The notes under the pieces: model-generated
What the model saw: only the letters and a program-made list of their open reading frames with translations
Told to the model about the DNA's origin: nothing
The model's database searches: none
In this document: one piece after another, positions 20,654 through 30,316 of the stretch
How the letters are laid out: each line of letters begins with the position of its first letter
Numbering within the stretch: the stretch's first letter is position 1
Program-made: the position numbers and the translations under genes
IMG/VR virus record: IMGVR_UViG_3300032030_000007
Span: 1 to 64,000 of that record
Length of the DNA stretch: 64,000 nt
From: a virus
Taxonomy: Duplodnaviria > Caudoviricetes
Direction: 5' to 3' (one strand)

Positions 20654-20916
20654 AATTAATATTTTGATTTATCTGATAATGCTCCTCTTTTATATGGATC
20701 ATAATTTTTTCCAAAATAGAATTCATGCCATCTTTTAGCTCTTTCATAATCGTCATTACTCATAATCTTAAATTAAATATATTTAGTTTTTCCAAATTTC
20801 ACATAATTTAAAACAATACATAGTTCCAATTCTCGCTCGTGAAGGATGTATATTTTCTTCCCAATTAAATTTAATTATTTCTTTAAAATTTTCCATAATT
20901 TAAAATTTATATATTT

Positions 20917-21249
20917 TTATTTATCATATATTCTAATATAACTAATCATTTGTAATGGATAAATGTATGTCGATTCATATGAACTTTCATAAAAAAATAT
21001 TAATTCATCATCAAATCTAGTTTCTTTAGAATAATAATATGTATTATCACCAATTATAAAACTTATTCTTTTTCCATTTGCAGCAGCAACAATCTTATTT
21101 AATTGTTCTTTAGTAAAACCAATACTAATATTAGATTTTTTTACAATTGTAATATTAGAACGCTTATTCTTATTTCTAAAAGAATAAAAATCTCCTGTGC
21201 TATTACCGAAAAGATTGCGTGTATAATCAAGAATATTTGATTCGTTCAT
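20917..21249 (-). CDS. Hypothetical protein
   Basis: ORF. Confidence 0.6.
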   Translation of the reverse strand: MNESNILDYTRNLFGNSTGDFYSFRNKNKRSNITIVKKSNISIGFTKEQLNKIVAAANGKRISFIIGDNTYYYSKETRFDDELIFFYESSYESTYIYPLQMISYIRIYDK

Positions 21250-21271
21250 AATTAAATTTGATATATTTATA

Positions 21272-21367
21272 AGACAAAAAAATCGGACATATTTTCTACC
21301 TAAGTAAAAAATAATGCCCGACTGTCGCTTCTATATATTAAGAAACCGGCTTCAATAAAACTAATTA
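21272..21367 (-). ncRNA. Candidate ~95-nt small RNA or leader (promoter, two hairpins, U-tract)
   Basis: Promoter at 21374-21403 followed by an ORF-less region ending in a 17-bp stem TCGGGCA..TGTCCGA plus T7. Confidence 0.45.
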
Positions 21368-21421
21368 CAATATAATATAGATTGTAAAATTATTTTAATT
21401 CAAAATTTATATAAATAATTC

Positions 21422-22051
21422 TTAAACAGTCATTATGCAAGGATAATTCAATTTATTGGAATCTTGCGGTAAACCATCATCTCGCATTTCAAATCCTACA
21501 ATTTTATAATCTCTTGTTATAGCAATAACACCATACCAGTATTCATTTAATACTTCACCATTATCTTTCCAATGTTCTGCTGCACAAGGAACATTAGTTT
21601 TAGATATTTCATCAACCAAATTATCTAAATCATTAGCATAACTTTGCCAACGTTCATCTTCTTCGCACCAATTACGAGCAATTGGTTTAACGTGTGGATT
21701 ATCGTTATAGCCATCTATATCGCTAAACATTACTGAACTATATACTTCAATACCGGTATCTCCATAAAGTCTATATTCAGGTCTATATGCACATGATAAT
21801 GGAATCATATTATCAACACAATCGACATCTTCTGCATACTTCTTGAATATATCATCAACTAATTTATGAATATTTTCTGAAATACTGTTTTGTTTTTTAG
21901 TTTCAAAATCCTTAACAAGTTCATTTAACTCATTCGTGGTGCGAAGCATAATATCGTCCTTAGTCATTTCGCCACCATCTTTCCATTCATAATTAGCAGC
22001 TTTACGCTTAGCTAATTCTTTATTAATGTTTTCAATATCAATTTTATTCAT
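21422..22051 (-). CDS. Hypothetical protein
   Basis: ORF. Confidence 0.7.
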   Translation of the reverse strand: MNKIDIENINKELAKRKAANYEWKDGGEMTKDDIMLRTTNELNELVKDFETKKQNSISENIHKLVDDIFKKYAEDVDCVDNMIPLSCAYRPEYRLYGDTGIEVYSSVMFSDIDGYNDNPHVKPIARNWCEEDERWQSYANDLDNLVDEISKTNVPCAAEHWKDNGEVLNEYWYGVIAITRDYKIVGFEMRDDGLPQDSNKLNYPCIMTV

Positions 22052-22053
22052 AA

Positions 22054-22356
22054 TTATTTAAATAATGTGAATGCTACAATTCCAAGAAATACTACAACAA
22101 GAATAAAACTTGTAGACCAAATTGGCAAGCAAATTTGTTTCTGAACCAAATTCTTAGCAATTTCTGACTCATATGTATCAACCAAATTATCATCATTTTT
22201 CTTCTTCAAATTTACTGCTGACTTAGCAGTATACTTTGCATAATCAATACAAGCATCCTTCCATTCACTCAAGTAATAAGAACCAAGCCAAAAACCAGCG
22301 ATAATTACAACACCGCAAATAATCAACCAAATAATTTGTGCCATTTCCATATTCAT
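22054..22356 (-). CDS. Membrane protein (2 TM)
   Basis: Hydrophobic N- and C-terminal segments. Confidence 0.65.
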   Translation of the reverse strand: MNMEMAQIIWLIICGVVIIAGFWLGSYYLSEWKDACIDYAKYTAKSAVNLKKKNDDNLVDTYESEIAKNLVQKQICLPIWSTSFILVVVFLGIVAFTLFK

Positions 22357-22393
22357 ATAGTTTTTAAATTATTAACATTATATTAATGAAACT

Positions 22394-22423
22394 TGGGAAC
22401 ATACTATAAAGTATATTCCCAAA
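22394..22423 (-). terminator. Hairpin downstream of Ro60
   Basis: TTGGGAA(C/T)ATACT...AGTAT(A/G)TTCCCAA inverted repeat. Confidence 0.5.
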
Positions 22424-22430
22424 TTGTATA

Positions 22431-23879
22431 TTAGTTCAAATCAGCGAACTGATTCTCAATACCTTCAAATGCAGCGATATAAGTTAAGAAGTGCTCTGAC
22501 CAACCTGAGATCTCAGCAGTCCATACACCCTTATAGTTAATACCGTGAGTATGAGCAGATACGTCACAAATGTAGTTGTACTTACCAAATGGACGTGGCT
22601 TATTTGTGCTACCGTGTGATACATCGATATCCTGTGAGTCTGAGAATACGATTATACGAGCATAATCATGAATCTTGTCACCAAGTTGCTTACGAAGTTT
22701 CTCAATACACTGATATGTAAAGATACCACCACCGCCTAACTTATGGTACATAGAATTGATGTCCTGGAACATCTTAAATCCCTTAGAAGGATACTTAATG
22801 TATTCATGTCTCTCTGTACGTGACCAGTCATCACCAGCTGTACATACAAGCTCGAAGTCCTCACACTGGTTAGCCGCAAGCATCGCCATCGCAGCAGCCT
22901 GGTCCATACGGCTGAATATTGAACCTGAACTTGTGATTGAACCCATAGAACCTGAAACGTCTACGATAAACAATGTCTTACCTGGAAGCTTAGGTAGATT
23001 CTCGTAAGTCTTAAGCATAGCATCCTCAATTTCGCGGTCGAAACCAGAACACATACGCATTGCCTTTAAGAAGTCAAGTGGAAGTAGCATTGCGCCCTTA
23101 AGCTCTTTAAGACCCTTCTCAATAACTGGACGTGGTACACCAGCAGTCTGCATGTTACGAAGGTTCATAAGCATAGCCTTACCACCAATCTTACCCTCAT
23201 TGATAAGCTTCTCCCAAACAGCAGATTTCTCTTCGTTTGTGTGAGCATTTGAAAGTAATACCTCCCAAGTCTCTGGTGTCTCAAGTGTACGGTCAGCAAT
23301 CTTCTTATAAAGAACTGCCTCAAGCTGTGTTGTTGGCTTTGGACGAACCATGAACATTACATCACGAAGCTTAATTTCAGCATCACGGTCATACTTTGCA
23401 AAGTGGTACTCCTTAAAGTTATGGAATGCCTCAGCAAGACCCTTCTTAGCAGCATTACAGATAGGACATTTACCATCCATCCAATAAAGTGCCATAAAGT
23501 CTGTTAACATGTCGGCACGAGTGATAATTTTTGGAAGTACATCCTTAACATAAGGACGTGTCTCTTCATGCTTACACATCTGAACAGCAAGGAACAAAGG
23601 TGTATGACGAAGCTTCTGCATAACACGAGCCTCAATTGTAAGATTTGCAACATCCTTTGGATCACAGATAGGTACAAGACGAACAATCTCATCTACAACC
23701 TTCTGACCATCCATATATGCAATGTTCTCCCAAAGCAAGTTAGCAAGAACTGCTCTACGAAGTAATTGGATGTTTGACTGTGCAGCTGCAGCGTTTGTAA
23801 CGCGGCCTGCGATTTCACCAACACTAATCTGATTCTTTTTCAAATCAGTACTCTTCTTTGTGGAATTGAATTTACTCAT
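22431..23879 (-). CDS. Ro60/Rsr-like TROVE domain RNA-binding protein with vWA domain
   Basis: KGLAEAFHNFKEYHFAKY, LRDVMFMVRPKP, PETWEVLLS, MLMNLRNM, MIDAS VDVSGSM, VFSDSQ. Confidence 0.9.
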   Translation of the reverse strand: MSKFNSTKKSTDLKKNQISVGEIAGRVTNAAAAQSNIQLLRRAVLANLLWENIAYMDGQKVVDEIVRLVPICDPKDVANLTIEARVMQKLRHTPLFLAVQMCKHEETRPYVKDVLPKIITRADMLTDFMALYWMDGKCPICNAAKKGLAEAFHNFKEYHFAKYDRDAEIKLRDVMFMVRPKPTTQLEAVLYKKIADRTLETPETWEVLLSNAHTNEEKSAVWEKLINEGKIGGKAMLMNLRNMQTAGVPRPVIEKGLKELKGAMLLPLDFLKAMRMCSGFDREIEDAMLKTYENLPKLPGKTLFIVDVSGSMGSITSSGSIFSRMDQAAAMAMLAANQCEDFELVCTAGDDWSRTERHEYIKYPSKGFKMFQDINSMYHKLGGGGIFTYQCIEKLRKQLGDKIHDYARIIVFSDSQDIDVSHGSTNKPRPFGKYNYICDVSAHTHGINYKGVWTAEISGWSEHFLTYIAAFEGIENQFADLN

Positions 23880-23919
23880 AGTTTTTCTCTCCTTATATAT
23901 TTTTATTTGTTATATATTA

Positions 23920-24174
23920 TTAATCGTTAAAATCTTCTCTTAAATGTATATTACATTGTCTAATAAATTCAGAACCCTGTCTATAAGAATTCTCTAAAGA
24001 TCTAAGTCGTTCCTTCATATCATTAAGCTTCTTATTAGATTCTTCACGATATGCTTCATATTCATTATCCAACTTAGCATAAGATTCCTTAATCTGCTTC
24101 AATCTTGCTTCTTCATTAACTATAGATTGTTCAGTCTTTGACTTATCTAATTCTTTAATACTCCAACGTCCCAT
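23920..24174 (-). CDS. Hypothetical coiled-coil protein
   Basis: ORF. Confidence 0.6.
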   Translation of the reverse strand: MGRWSIKELDKSKTEQSIVNEEARLKQIKESYAKLDNEYEAYREESNKKLNDMKERLRSLENSYRQGSEFIRQCNIHLREDFND

Positions 24175-24175
24175 A

Positions 24176-24496
24176 TTATATAATTCTAAATTTCGAACCT
24201 AAAATTTCCATCATCATATTAAATTGCCATACATAAGATATATCAGCAGATCCAATAGATTCACAAGCATTATTATCTATATGTAATCCCCAATTAGCAT
24301 CATTATTCACAATGCCATTTTGAAAATCTAATTTAACACAGTTTGAACCATCTTCATTATATGTACAATATCTTAATGTACAATAATTATCAATACCTAA
24401 TATTTTATTCCAATATTCTCGTTCCCATTCAAATGTAACATCTTCGAATCCTATTGACTTAAGAAGATCCTCTGTTATCAATCGTTCATCTTTCAT
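24176..24496 (-). CDS. Hypothetical protein
   Basis: ORF. Confidence 0.65.
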   Translation of the reverse strand: MKDERLITEDLLKSIGFEDVTFEWEREYWNKILGIDNYCTLRYCTYNEDGSNCVKLDFQNGIVNNDANWGLHIDNNACESIGSADISYVWQFNMMMEILGSKFRII

Positions 24497-24963
24497 TTAT
24501 CTACAAATGTCTCTTTAAATTTATTAAGAATATACATCAACTCTTTATTAGGTAGATTAACAGTTTTTCCCTCACTTTCAAGAATATCCCATGCATTCAT
24601 AACATAATTATATGCAAATTCATCTTTATTAGCACCGAACATTCTTCGTAGGTACTCATAAATGATTACCAATACAGAATATTCTACTTCATTGGCATAA
24701 AGAATAATTCTCTTTCCAATATTTTTATCATTAAATGCAATACGAAGATCTGAATCACAAGCATCTGAAAAATCACTTTCCATAGCAGTCACTGCAATAG
24801 AATCTACATTAGTAACAGAATCCACCAATGCAATCTTCTTAACATATACTGTATTAGTCAGCTTATCTTTTGTATACTCGCTAATAGCATCCTGTTTATC
24901 GTCGTTAAATCCACAACGCATTACAATTGAAAAAATGTCACGAATAATCTCAAACTTCTTCAT
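24493..24963 (-). CDS. Hypothetical protein
   Basis: ORF. Confidence 0.65.
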   Translation of the reverse strand: MKKFEIIRDIFSIVMRCGFNDDKQDAISEYTKDKLTNTVYVKKIALVDSVTNVDSIAVTAMESDFSDACDSDLRIAFNDKNIGKRIILYANEVEYSVLVIIYEYLRRMFGANKDEFAYNYVMNAWDILESEGKTVNLPNKELMYILNKFKETFVDK

Positions 24964-24964
24964 A

Positions 24965-25342
24965 TTAATCAATCTTTTTAATTATATCTATTACAGTTTC
25001 ATCTCTATACACTGCCCAACTATCTTTATCCCAAACACAAGGAAAAAATGATAGATGATATATTGTCTTCTTTAGGATATCTCCAGTATTAATATCATAT
25101 AGTGTTTCCACAGCATCATAATCATTATCTGAAGTTTGTTTTAAACTCATTGCAGAAATACCACACCCTGAAGGATATACATCAATATATAGACTATCAT
25201 TAGTGAATGTATATGTTACTTTAATCAAATTATCAATTGACTTGGTGTTATAATCTTCGGTCAAATATGTTCCATTCAAATCAACAGAATATGCAAAAAC
25301 TGATGTTAAAAACAATAATGTGGTAAATAATAGCTTCTTCAT
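24965..25342 (-). CDS. Secreted hypothetical protein
   Basis: Signal peptide MKKLLFTTLLFLTSVFAYS. Confidence 0.65.
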   Translation of the reverse strand: MKKLLFTTLLFLTSVFAYSVDLNGTYLTEDYNTKSIDNLIKVTYTFTNDSLYIDVYPSGCGISAMSLKQTSDNDYDAVETLYDINTGDILKKTIYHLSFFPCVWDKDSWAVYRDETVIDIIKKID

Positions 25343-25343
25343 T

Positions 25344-25676
25344 TTATGAATTGATTTCTATAAACGACTGTTCAACAATATCCAATAATGAATTCATAAC
25401 TCGATATGCATAACTGTTTTTACGATATGAATTACGATAATTACCCAATGCTCGCATTAAATAAATCATCAGATCATTAATGTCATAATAATTAAGCTTT
25501 CCGTTATCAGTATCAACGTATAATTTGAAACAATAATTTTTAACTGATTCAATACGTTCTACAAAACGACTAGGATAATTTCTTAGATCTGCGTTTTCAA
25601 TCGATATAATCGCATCTTTATTAATTAATGCAATATCAATTACTTGGTCACAAAGAATATCTAAAATTCTCTTCAT
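25344..25676 (-). CDS. Hypothetical protein
   Basis: ORF after the promoter at 25696-25723. Confidence 0.65.
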   Translation of the reverse strand: MKRILDILCDQVIDIALINKDAIISIENADLRNYPSRFVERIESVKNYCFKLYVDTDNGKLNYYDINDLMIYLMRALGNYRNSYRKNSYAYRVMNSLLDIVEQSFIEINS

Positions 25677-25737
25677 TGTTGTTTGATTATATAATAATAT
25701 AGAATTTTTTTAAATTAAATCAAAATTTTAACATTTT

Positions 25738-26061
25738 TTAACAACTACCAAAACGATATGATCTAAAACAATTTGTTAATTCTTCTTTAATAGAATCCCA
25801 AGTCTCCTGATCAATTGTTTCAAAATCAATTTCACCATCATATTCTCCAGCATCATTATAATTAATAAGAATATCTGCATCTTCATCAGAACCAGGAATA
25901 AAACCAAGCTTATATAATGTGTGAATCATATCAATTGTAACTAAATTGAAATTGACGTCACATACATAAAGCATATCATGCTCACATGCTGTAGGATATT
26001 TCGAATCTGGTCTATTCAAAACATCATTCAAAATAATTAATGCTGCAATTAAATCTTTCAT
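25738..26061 (-). CDS. Conserved phage hypothetical protein
   Basis: PTACEHDMLYV...FRSYRFGSC. Confidence 0.65.
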   Translation of the reverse strand: MKDLIAALIILNDVLNRPDSKYPTACEHDMLYVCDVNFNLVTIDMIHTLYKLGFIPGSDEDADILINYNDAGEYDGEIDFETIDQETWDSIKEELTNCFRSYRFGSC

Positions 26062-26062
26062 A

Positions 26063-26428
26063 TTAAAAATCAGTAAGTTCTTCTACTTTAAAAAACTTAA
26101 TCCACTCAATACCATCACAACCGTCTGGAGTAAAACGAAGATAGAACTCTTTAATAAGATTAAAATCTTCTACATTATAATCAAACTCCTTCTTCATCCA
26201 ATTAGCAATACCACAAGTATATAGAACATATTGGTTACCATCCCACATCTTTGGGAGGCCTTTGTTCTGTCCGAACCAATTCCAAACATCACCCTTGAAA
26301 TTCTTATTGATAATTGATGCAAGATTTGAAAACCTAATCAAATCTTCCAACGAAATAGACTTTGTAATAACTGGAGAACTACCATCACAATTACGGGTCT
26401 TAATCTGAATTTGATACTTTATATTCAT
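26063..26428 (-). CDS. Hypothetical protein
   Basis: ORF after the promoter at 26456-26483. Confidence 0.65.
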   Translation of the reverse strand: MNIKYQIQIKTRNCDGSSPVITKSISLEDLIRFSNLASIINKNFKGDVWNWFGQNKGLPKMWDGNQYVLYTCGIANWMKKEFDYNVEDFNLIKEFYLRFTPDGCDGIEWIKFFKVEELTDF

Positions 26429-26519
26429 ATTCTATATATTTGTTTGATTAATTTAAATATAGAACATTTTACGAAAAATTCAAATATTATATAAATAATT
26501 TCATTAATAAATTATATAC

Positions 26520-26804
26520 TTAGTTTTTCTTAAGATAATTTATAAAGTCATCTAATTCAATACTAAATTCTTCAAACATCAAACCGGTATCTGTACATTC
26601 ACATGCGTAGATAACAAATACTTTAATAATATTAACATCACATGTATATCCAATGACATGTATATCATCATAATCATCTTCATATAATTCTTCTTTAATA
26701 TCATCTAATTTACCATGTTCATCAAGGTAATCAAACAAAAAAGAATTAACTATTGATGCAGCTTTAATATTGATAATAAAATTTTTAATTTCTTGTACAG
26801 TCAT
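26520..26804 (-). CDS. Hypothetical acidic protein
   Basis: ORF. Confidence 0.6.
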   Translation of the reverse strand: MTVQEIKNFIINIKAASIVNSFLFDYLDEHGKLDDIKEELYEDDYDDIHVIGYTCDVNIIKVFVIYACECTDTGLMFEEFSIELDDFINYLKKN

Positions 26805-26933
26805 ACTATCTCATCACAAATTTTATTAGATATATAATTAAGAACCCTAACAAAAGCAGTATCTTTTGTCATATGATTTTCTCCCATAATTTTCTTTAAG
26901 ACTTTATATGTAGTCTTAAGTTCTTCTAAATCG

Positions 26934-27233
26934 TTATTCATCTATATTCTTTGTTAGTATCTTATATGAATTAATACGAATAGGACATGTGGTATGAACA
27001 AATTCATTCATTCCTAATCTAATATAATTAGATCCTTTATAAGATGATGTAAATGGAACATGTGTATTCCAATGTTCTGCAGCCCATCTATAATAAAATA
27101 TAGAATCATATGTTATTGTCGTATCAGGATAAACAATAGAATAATTAACTTTACACTTGCCTGTCTTATCATCCATCCAATCGCAAGATGATAGACATAT
27201 GCACATTAAAAATATTACTATAATTTTTTTCAT
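26934..27233 (-). CDS. Lipoprotein
   Basis: MKKIIVIFLMCICLSSC lipobox. Confidence 0.65.
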   Translation of the reverse strand: MKKIIVIFLMCICLSSCDWMDDKTGKCKVNYSIVYPDTTITYDSIFYYRWAAEHWNTHVPFTSSYKGSNYIRLGMNEFVHTTCPIRINSYKILTKNIDE

Positions 27234-27564
27234 TTCTTTCTTCTTTTATTTAATAGTTTCATTCCATAATCTTTAGGAGAAGATTTCTTGTCTTTTATTT
27301 CAACTTTAAATTCAGGTTCATCAAAAATATGATAATATATATAATTAGTATCTTCGTACATTATTTATGATTTTTAGTCCATTTAATGAATTCATCACAT
27401 AAGATATCATCATCTCCAATATCATAACCAAGACATCCGAAACTAATCAAATCCATAGCTTCATTACCATCTTCTTCACATCTTTCAAGATATTTTCCAT
27501 AATCCTGAAGAATCTTATAAAAATACTGTTCGTTACTCATAAAATATTTAGTTTAATATTTTAA

Positions 27565-27756
27565 TCAAATTTCATATTTTGATTTATATCTTCTACTATT
27601 TCTAGATTTTGATCTTTTTATTTGTTTTATACACCATTCTTTTGAAATATATTCATTATTTCTATTTACCCAATAATAAGCAAATTCTGTTGCATTACCA
27701 GTAAAAGTATGACCAGCATGATTATATATGGAATATTTTATAAAATTTGGTTTCAT
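27565..27756 (-). CDS. Hypothetical protein
   Basis: ORF. Confidence 0.55.
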   Translation of the reverse strand: MKPNFIKYSIYNHAGHTFTGNATEFAYYWVNRNNEYISKEWCIKQIKRSKSRNSRRYKSKYEI

Positions 27757-28454
27757 AATAAATTTAATTTAATGTTATCATCAAATTTCATTGGTTCTGC
27801 GTGATTCAAATAATTATATTCATCATCTTGATATATACAAGAATAAAAATCGCTATTCATATATGCACGCTTTAACATTATCAACACATGTGGATTATAT
27901 GTATTATTAGGATTGCTTGGATTCAATCTAATATCATAATCATTCCCATAAGTATCAACAATATATCTTACAACACCCTGACTTCTACTTGCACCAACAG
28001 CACAGTGAATATAAATAGTATCATCATATTTAAGTCTCCAATTAATCCAATCTACCAATTTAAATGCCTCTTCATAATCTAATGCATGAAGAATATCTAT
28101 ACATTCGTTATTTAATCCGGTAATATAGATATGACTAAAATAAATATTTGATTGTTTTACTTTACCTTCATTATATAATTCCAAAGAATCATCATAGCAT
28201 TTACTTTCTTGATTTTTAAACCAAAATGGGTTAATATCATCAATATCGAGATTATATACTCTTGGATTATGATCTTCCCCGACAGTGTTCCAATCATTCT
28301 TAAACCAATGTTCTGCAAGATCACCCTCATTTGGAGAACATATTGATATTGCAGAAACCCCTTCAGGAAGTTTATCTATCCATCCATTATTTCTCATTAT
28401 ATTATCAAAATCATAATGAGAATAACAAAGTATATTTCTAATAGGCTTATTCAT
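27753..28454 (-). CDS. Cys-based (tyrosine/dual-specificity) phosphatase
   Basis: IHCAVGASRS (HCX5R) and NPHV. Confidence 0.8.
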   Translation of the reverse strand: MNKPIRNILCYSHYDFDNIMRNNGWIDKLPEGVSAISICSPNEGDLAEHWFKNDWNTVGEDHNPRVYNLDIDDINPFWFKNQESKCYDDSLELYNEGKVKQSNIYFSHIYITGLNNECIDILHALDYEEAFKLVDWINWRLKYDDTIYIHCAVGASRSQGVVRYIVDTYGNDYDIRLNPSNPNNTYNPHVLIMLKRAYMNSDFYSCIYQDDEYNYLNHAEPMKFDDNIKLNLL

Positions 28455-28915
28455 TTATTAATTTCAGAATTTAAATCTACAGGTTTATACATTTCATAAA
28501 CTTCATTTAATAGAATAAATGCATCATTAATAGTAAAATTCACATTAGAATGTTTGTCAAAAATTTCATTAACATGATCATATGCAGTAAATGTTTTATT
28601 ATCTACTGTTTTAAATTTTGCAGAAAATCGCCATCCATGCGCATTATCATGTTTATATGTAATAGATTTACATGAAGTTTTTGATTTTTTAATTACAATT
28701 TTATTTGTTCTAGCGCCTCCGCATGGACATCTAAATGAAATTTCTCCAATAACTTCAAATATTTTACCAACAATTTTACTTTGGAAATATGGATCAATAA
28801 CATTTAATGGTAATCCACCTAATATTACATTATGATATTCGTCCAGATATTCGTCATCACAATTATTAATACCACAATTTCTAACATTAATAAAATCATT
28901 CCAAGTTTTAATCAT
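28451..28915 (-). CDS. Hypothetical protein
   Basis: ORF. Confidence 0.6.
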   Translation of the reverse strand: MIKTWNDFINVRNCGINNCDDEYLDEYHNVILGGLPLNVIDPYFQSKIVGKIFEVIGEISFRCPCGGARTNKIVIKKSKTSCKSITYKHDNAHGWRFSAKFKTVDNKTFTAYDHVNEIFDKHSNVNFTINDAFILLNEVYEMYKPVDLNSEINK

Positions 28916-28943
28916 AATTATATATCTTAATTGGTTTATTCAT

Positions 28944-29174
28944 TTAATCAATCCATGTTATTGTGCTTCCTTCAAAAATCATACAAATTCTTGATGTGTA
29001 ATATGTAGTATAATGTAGAATAATATATTGTCCTTCAATATTTGGATGATTTTCTCTCCACTTATTAAAAGCAATTACTGCATCTTCTTGTGTATTAAAG
29101 TGACGGTTTCTGAAAAGTTTTGTCATCATTCCGCCTTCCACTTTATTAATACTGTAATAAGGATACTTTTGCAT
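28944..29174 (-). CDS. Hypothetical protein
   Basis: ORF. Confidence 0.6.
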   Translation of the reverse strand: MQKYPYYSINKVEGGMMTKLFRNRHFNTQEDAVIAFNKWRENHPNIEGQYIILHYTTYYTSRICMIFEGSTITWID

Positions 29175-29177
29175 AAT

Positions 29178-29627
29178 TTATTTAGTGAAATGTGAAATAT
29201 CAAAATAAATATTCAAATAACAATTGTTTTTAGAAGCATATTCACCAGTTATACCCATATTGAATACAAATCCACCAGTTGTACATGTATATTCTTTCTT
29301 ACCAAGTTCAATGATATCATATAAAGCATGGTTAAAGAATTCTCGTTTAATCATTTTAATCATATCATTCTTATCAGGAATCTTATAAAATGATTTTCCA
29401 TTTTCATAGAATGACCATTCCCAATTAGTTGATTTCATAAATGATTCAATAATGTCAAATCTCAAATGATTAAACTCCTCTTCAAGTAGATTTTCAAAAA
29501 CTTTCATAATATGAAGTTTTCTACCAATTTCTTGCTCAATGCAATATTCATCATCAATAATCTCATTGAGACGATTGATATCTTTTTCATGGAGACGAGT
29601 CCATGTTGAATTAATTGAATATCCCAT
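29178..29627 (-). CDS. Hypothetical protein
   Basis: ORF after the promoter at 29659-29686. Confidence 0.65.
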   Translation of the reverse strand: MGYSINSTWTRLHEKDINRLNEIIDDEYCIEQEIGRKLHIMKVFENLLEEEFNHLRFDIIESFMKSTNWEWSFYENGKSFYKIPDKNDMIKMIKREFFNHALYDIIELGKKEYTCTTGGFVFNMGITGEYASKNNCYLNIYFDISHFTK

Positions 29628-29707
29628 ACTTTATATTTTTTGTTTGATTTACAAATATAATATAGAAAAAGTCCAGAAATATTCAAATTTCTGGACAATT
29701 TTTAATA

Positions 29708-30316
29708 TTATTCTAAAAATTTTAATCTATATAAATTACACCCTATAAAATTTCCTAATATAACCATTAAATAATTATATGCTATCTGTGGTGAATGAAT
29801 ATTAGCAGCACATATATAAAAGGCATCAGCAATAGAATGATAAAATCCTGCTAATATGAATACTGGGACCGCAAATAAAAGTGGTAGCCATTTGTTTTCT
29901 CGAGCAAATTTAACAGCAGTTGTCATTAAATATCCACAAAATATGCCTCTTATTAATGCTTGCCAAATATCTACTTGTGATCTTGCTTCAACAATAGCAT
30001 TTGATTTATCTACTAACTCAGGTATAGCATATGTCGCAATTGCCGCAGTTATAGCACAACCTAAAAAGTTATTGAAAAATATAAACCAAAATAAGTTTCC
30101 AATATCTGATATGTTTTCAACAAATCCAGCAGTACCTGTATATAATGCATATTTATAATGAACTACTGTTATAAGTCCAAACGTAAACAATATAGCACCA
30201 GGAATTCCACCACCTACCATAAGATTAACTATACAACCTATAGATATGCAAAATCCTGCAAGTATAGCACTAAATGATAGATTCCAACATTCTTTAGTAG
30301 TATCTGTCTTAATCAT
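29708..30316 (-). CDS. Formate/nitrite transporter (FNT) family channel
   Basis: AGFCISIG, LFTFGL..LYTG, GFYHSIAD, ILGNFIG; multi-TM. Confidence 0.8.
   Translation of the reverse strand: MIKTDTTKECWNLSFSAILAGFCISIGCIVNLMVGGGIPGAILFTFGLITVVHYKYALYTGTAGFVENISDIGNLFWFIFFNNFLGCAITAAIATYAIPELVDKSNAIVEARSQVDIWQALIRGIFCGYLMTTAVKFARENKWLPLLFAVPVFILAGFYHSIADAFYICAANIHSPQIAYNYLMVILGNFIGCNLYRLKFLE

Noticed and set aside
22357-22430. Y RNA immediately adjacent to Ro60
   Set aside because: Only a single terminator-like hairpin in a short AT-rich gap; no T-arm or Ro-binding motif
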